IMG/VR virus record: IMGVR_UViG_3300033076_000277
Coordinates: 1,656 to 65,655 of that record
Reading direction: 5' to 3' (one strand)
Source of the DNA: a virus
Taxonomy: Duplodnaviria; Caudoviricetes
Length of the DNA: 64,000 nucleotides
In this document: positions 63,908 through 64,000 of the stretch, one piece after another
How the letters are laid out: each line of letters starts with the position of its first letter
Numbering within the stretch: position 1 is the first letter of the stretch
Program-made: the position numbers and the translations under genes
The notes under the pieces: generated by a model
Told to the model about the DNA's origin: nothing
Database searches by the model: none
What the model saw: the letters and a program-made list of their open reading frames with translations, nothing else

Positions 63908-64000
63908 TTCTTAGATGTTCCTTGGTTCCTGCTATTGGCAAGCGCCGCAGTTCGCGCTTGTACGGCCATCTGAGCCTTACTCTTTGCGATGTCAGCGCCC
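63904..64000 (-). CDS. C-terminal end of a gene entering from the right edge (probably portal)
   Basis: ...GADIAKSKAQMAVQARTAALANSRNQGTSKK*, stop coupled to next ATG. Confidence 0.55.
   Translation of the reverse strand, partial: GADIAKSKAQMAVQARTAALANSRNQGTSKK

Noticed and set aside
1-64000. tRNA, tmRNA, integrase, reverse transcriptase/DGR, RNA polymerase, methyltransferase
   Set aside because: No T-loop/cloverleaf, RHRY or serine-recombinase, YADD or DPPY/NPPY motifs seen by eye; not excluded for the missing segment or for very divergent forms

Overview
The window is nearly a whole tailed dsDNA phage genome (Caudoviricetes). The portal gene starts at 744 on the - strand and runs off the left edge, and a portal-like C-terminus enters at the right edge, so probably only the middle of the portal gene is missing from a circularly permuted genome (inference). 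There are two opposed halves. The + strand (3.4-28.5 kb) carries early hypothetical genes, a VWA-metallopeptidase / MoxR-type AAA / DUF3150-like module, glutaredoxin, VRR-NUC nuclease, family A DNA polymerase, Cas4-like and HNH nucleases, SNF2 helicase, a putative SSB, an HTH regulator and a primase-DUF927 helicase fusion. The - strand (28.4-64 kb and 0-3 kb) carries GroES-like co-chaperonin, scaffold, major capsid protein, many small basic proteins, neck/adaptor and fibre proteins, an AT-richer island with six 2OG-Fe(II) oxygenases plus a cupin around a Gly/Cys-rich fibre, a lysozyme module, P22-gp10-like stabilisation protein, ejection-type proteins including a 2638-aa polyvalent protein, terminase and portal. 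I found no integrase, RNA polymerase, tRNA, CRISPR array or reverse transcriptase. Several sigma70-like promoters are visible. A Betaproteobacterial host is a guess from small-protein families only. The most striking unexplained signals are non-coding. (1) A 23-bp asymmetric palindrome (AACTBGCGGACRANNYGTCCGCA) occurs in five near-identical copies plus one variant, confined to the first 5 kb of the early region, in both orientations, including one copy inside a CDS. (2) A second operator, TGTCAA-N4-TTGACA, is shared by two promoters. (3) There are three candidate structured RNAs: an H-type pseudoknot, a loop-E hairpin before an SD-less HTH gene, and a pseudoknotted leader abutting an RBS. (4) A terminator lies directly behind the first early promoter. 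(5) Two stereotyped translation-start motifs recur. All family names are from motif recognition by eye; no database searches were run.
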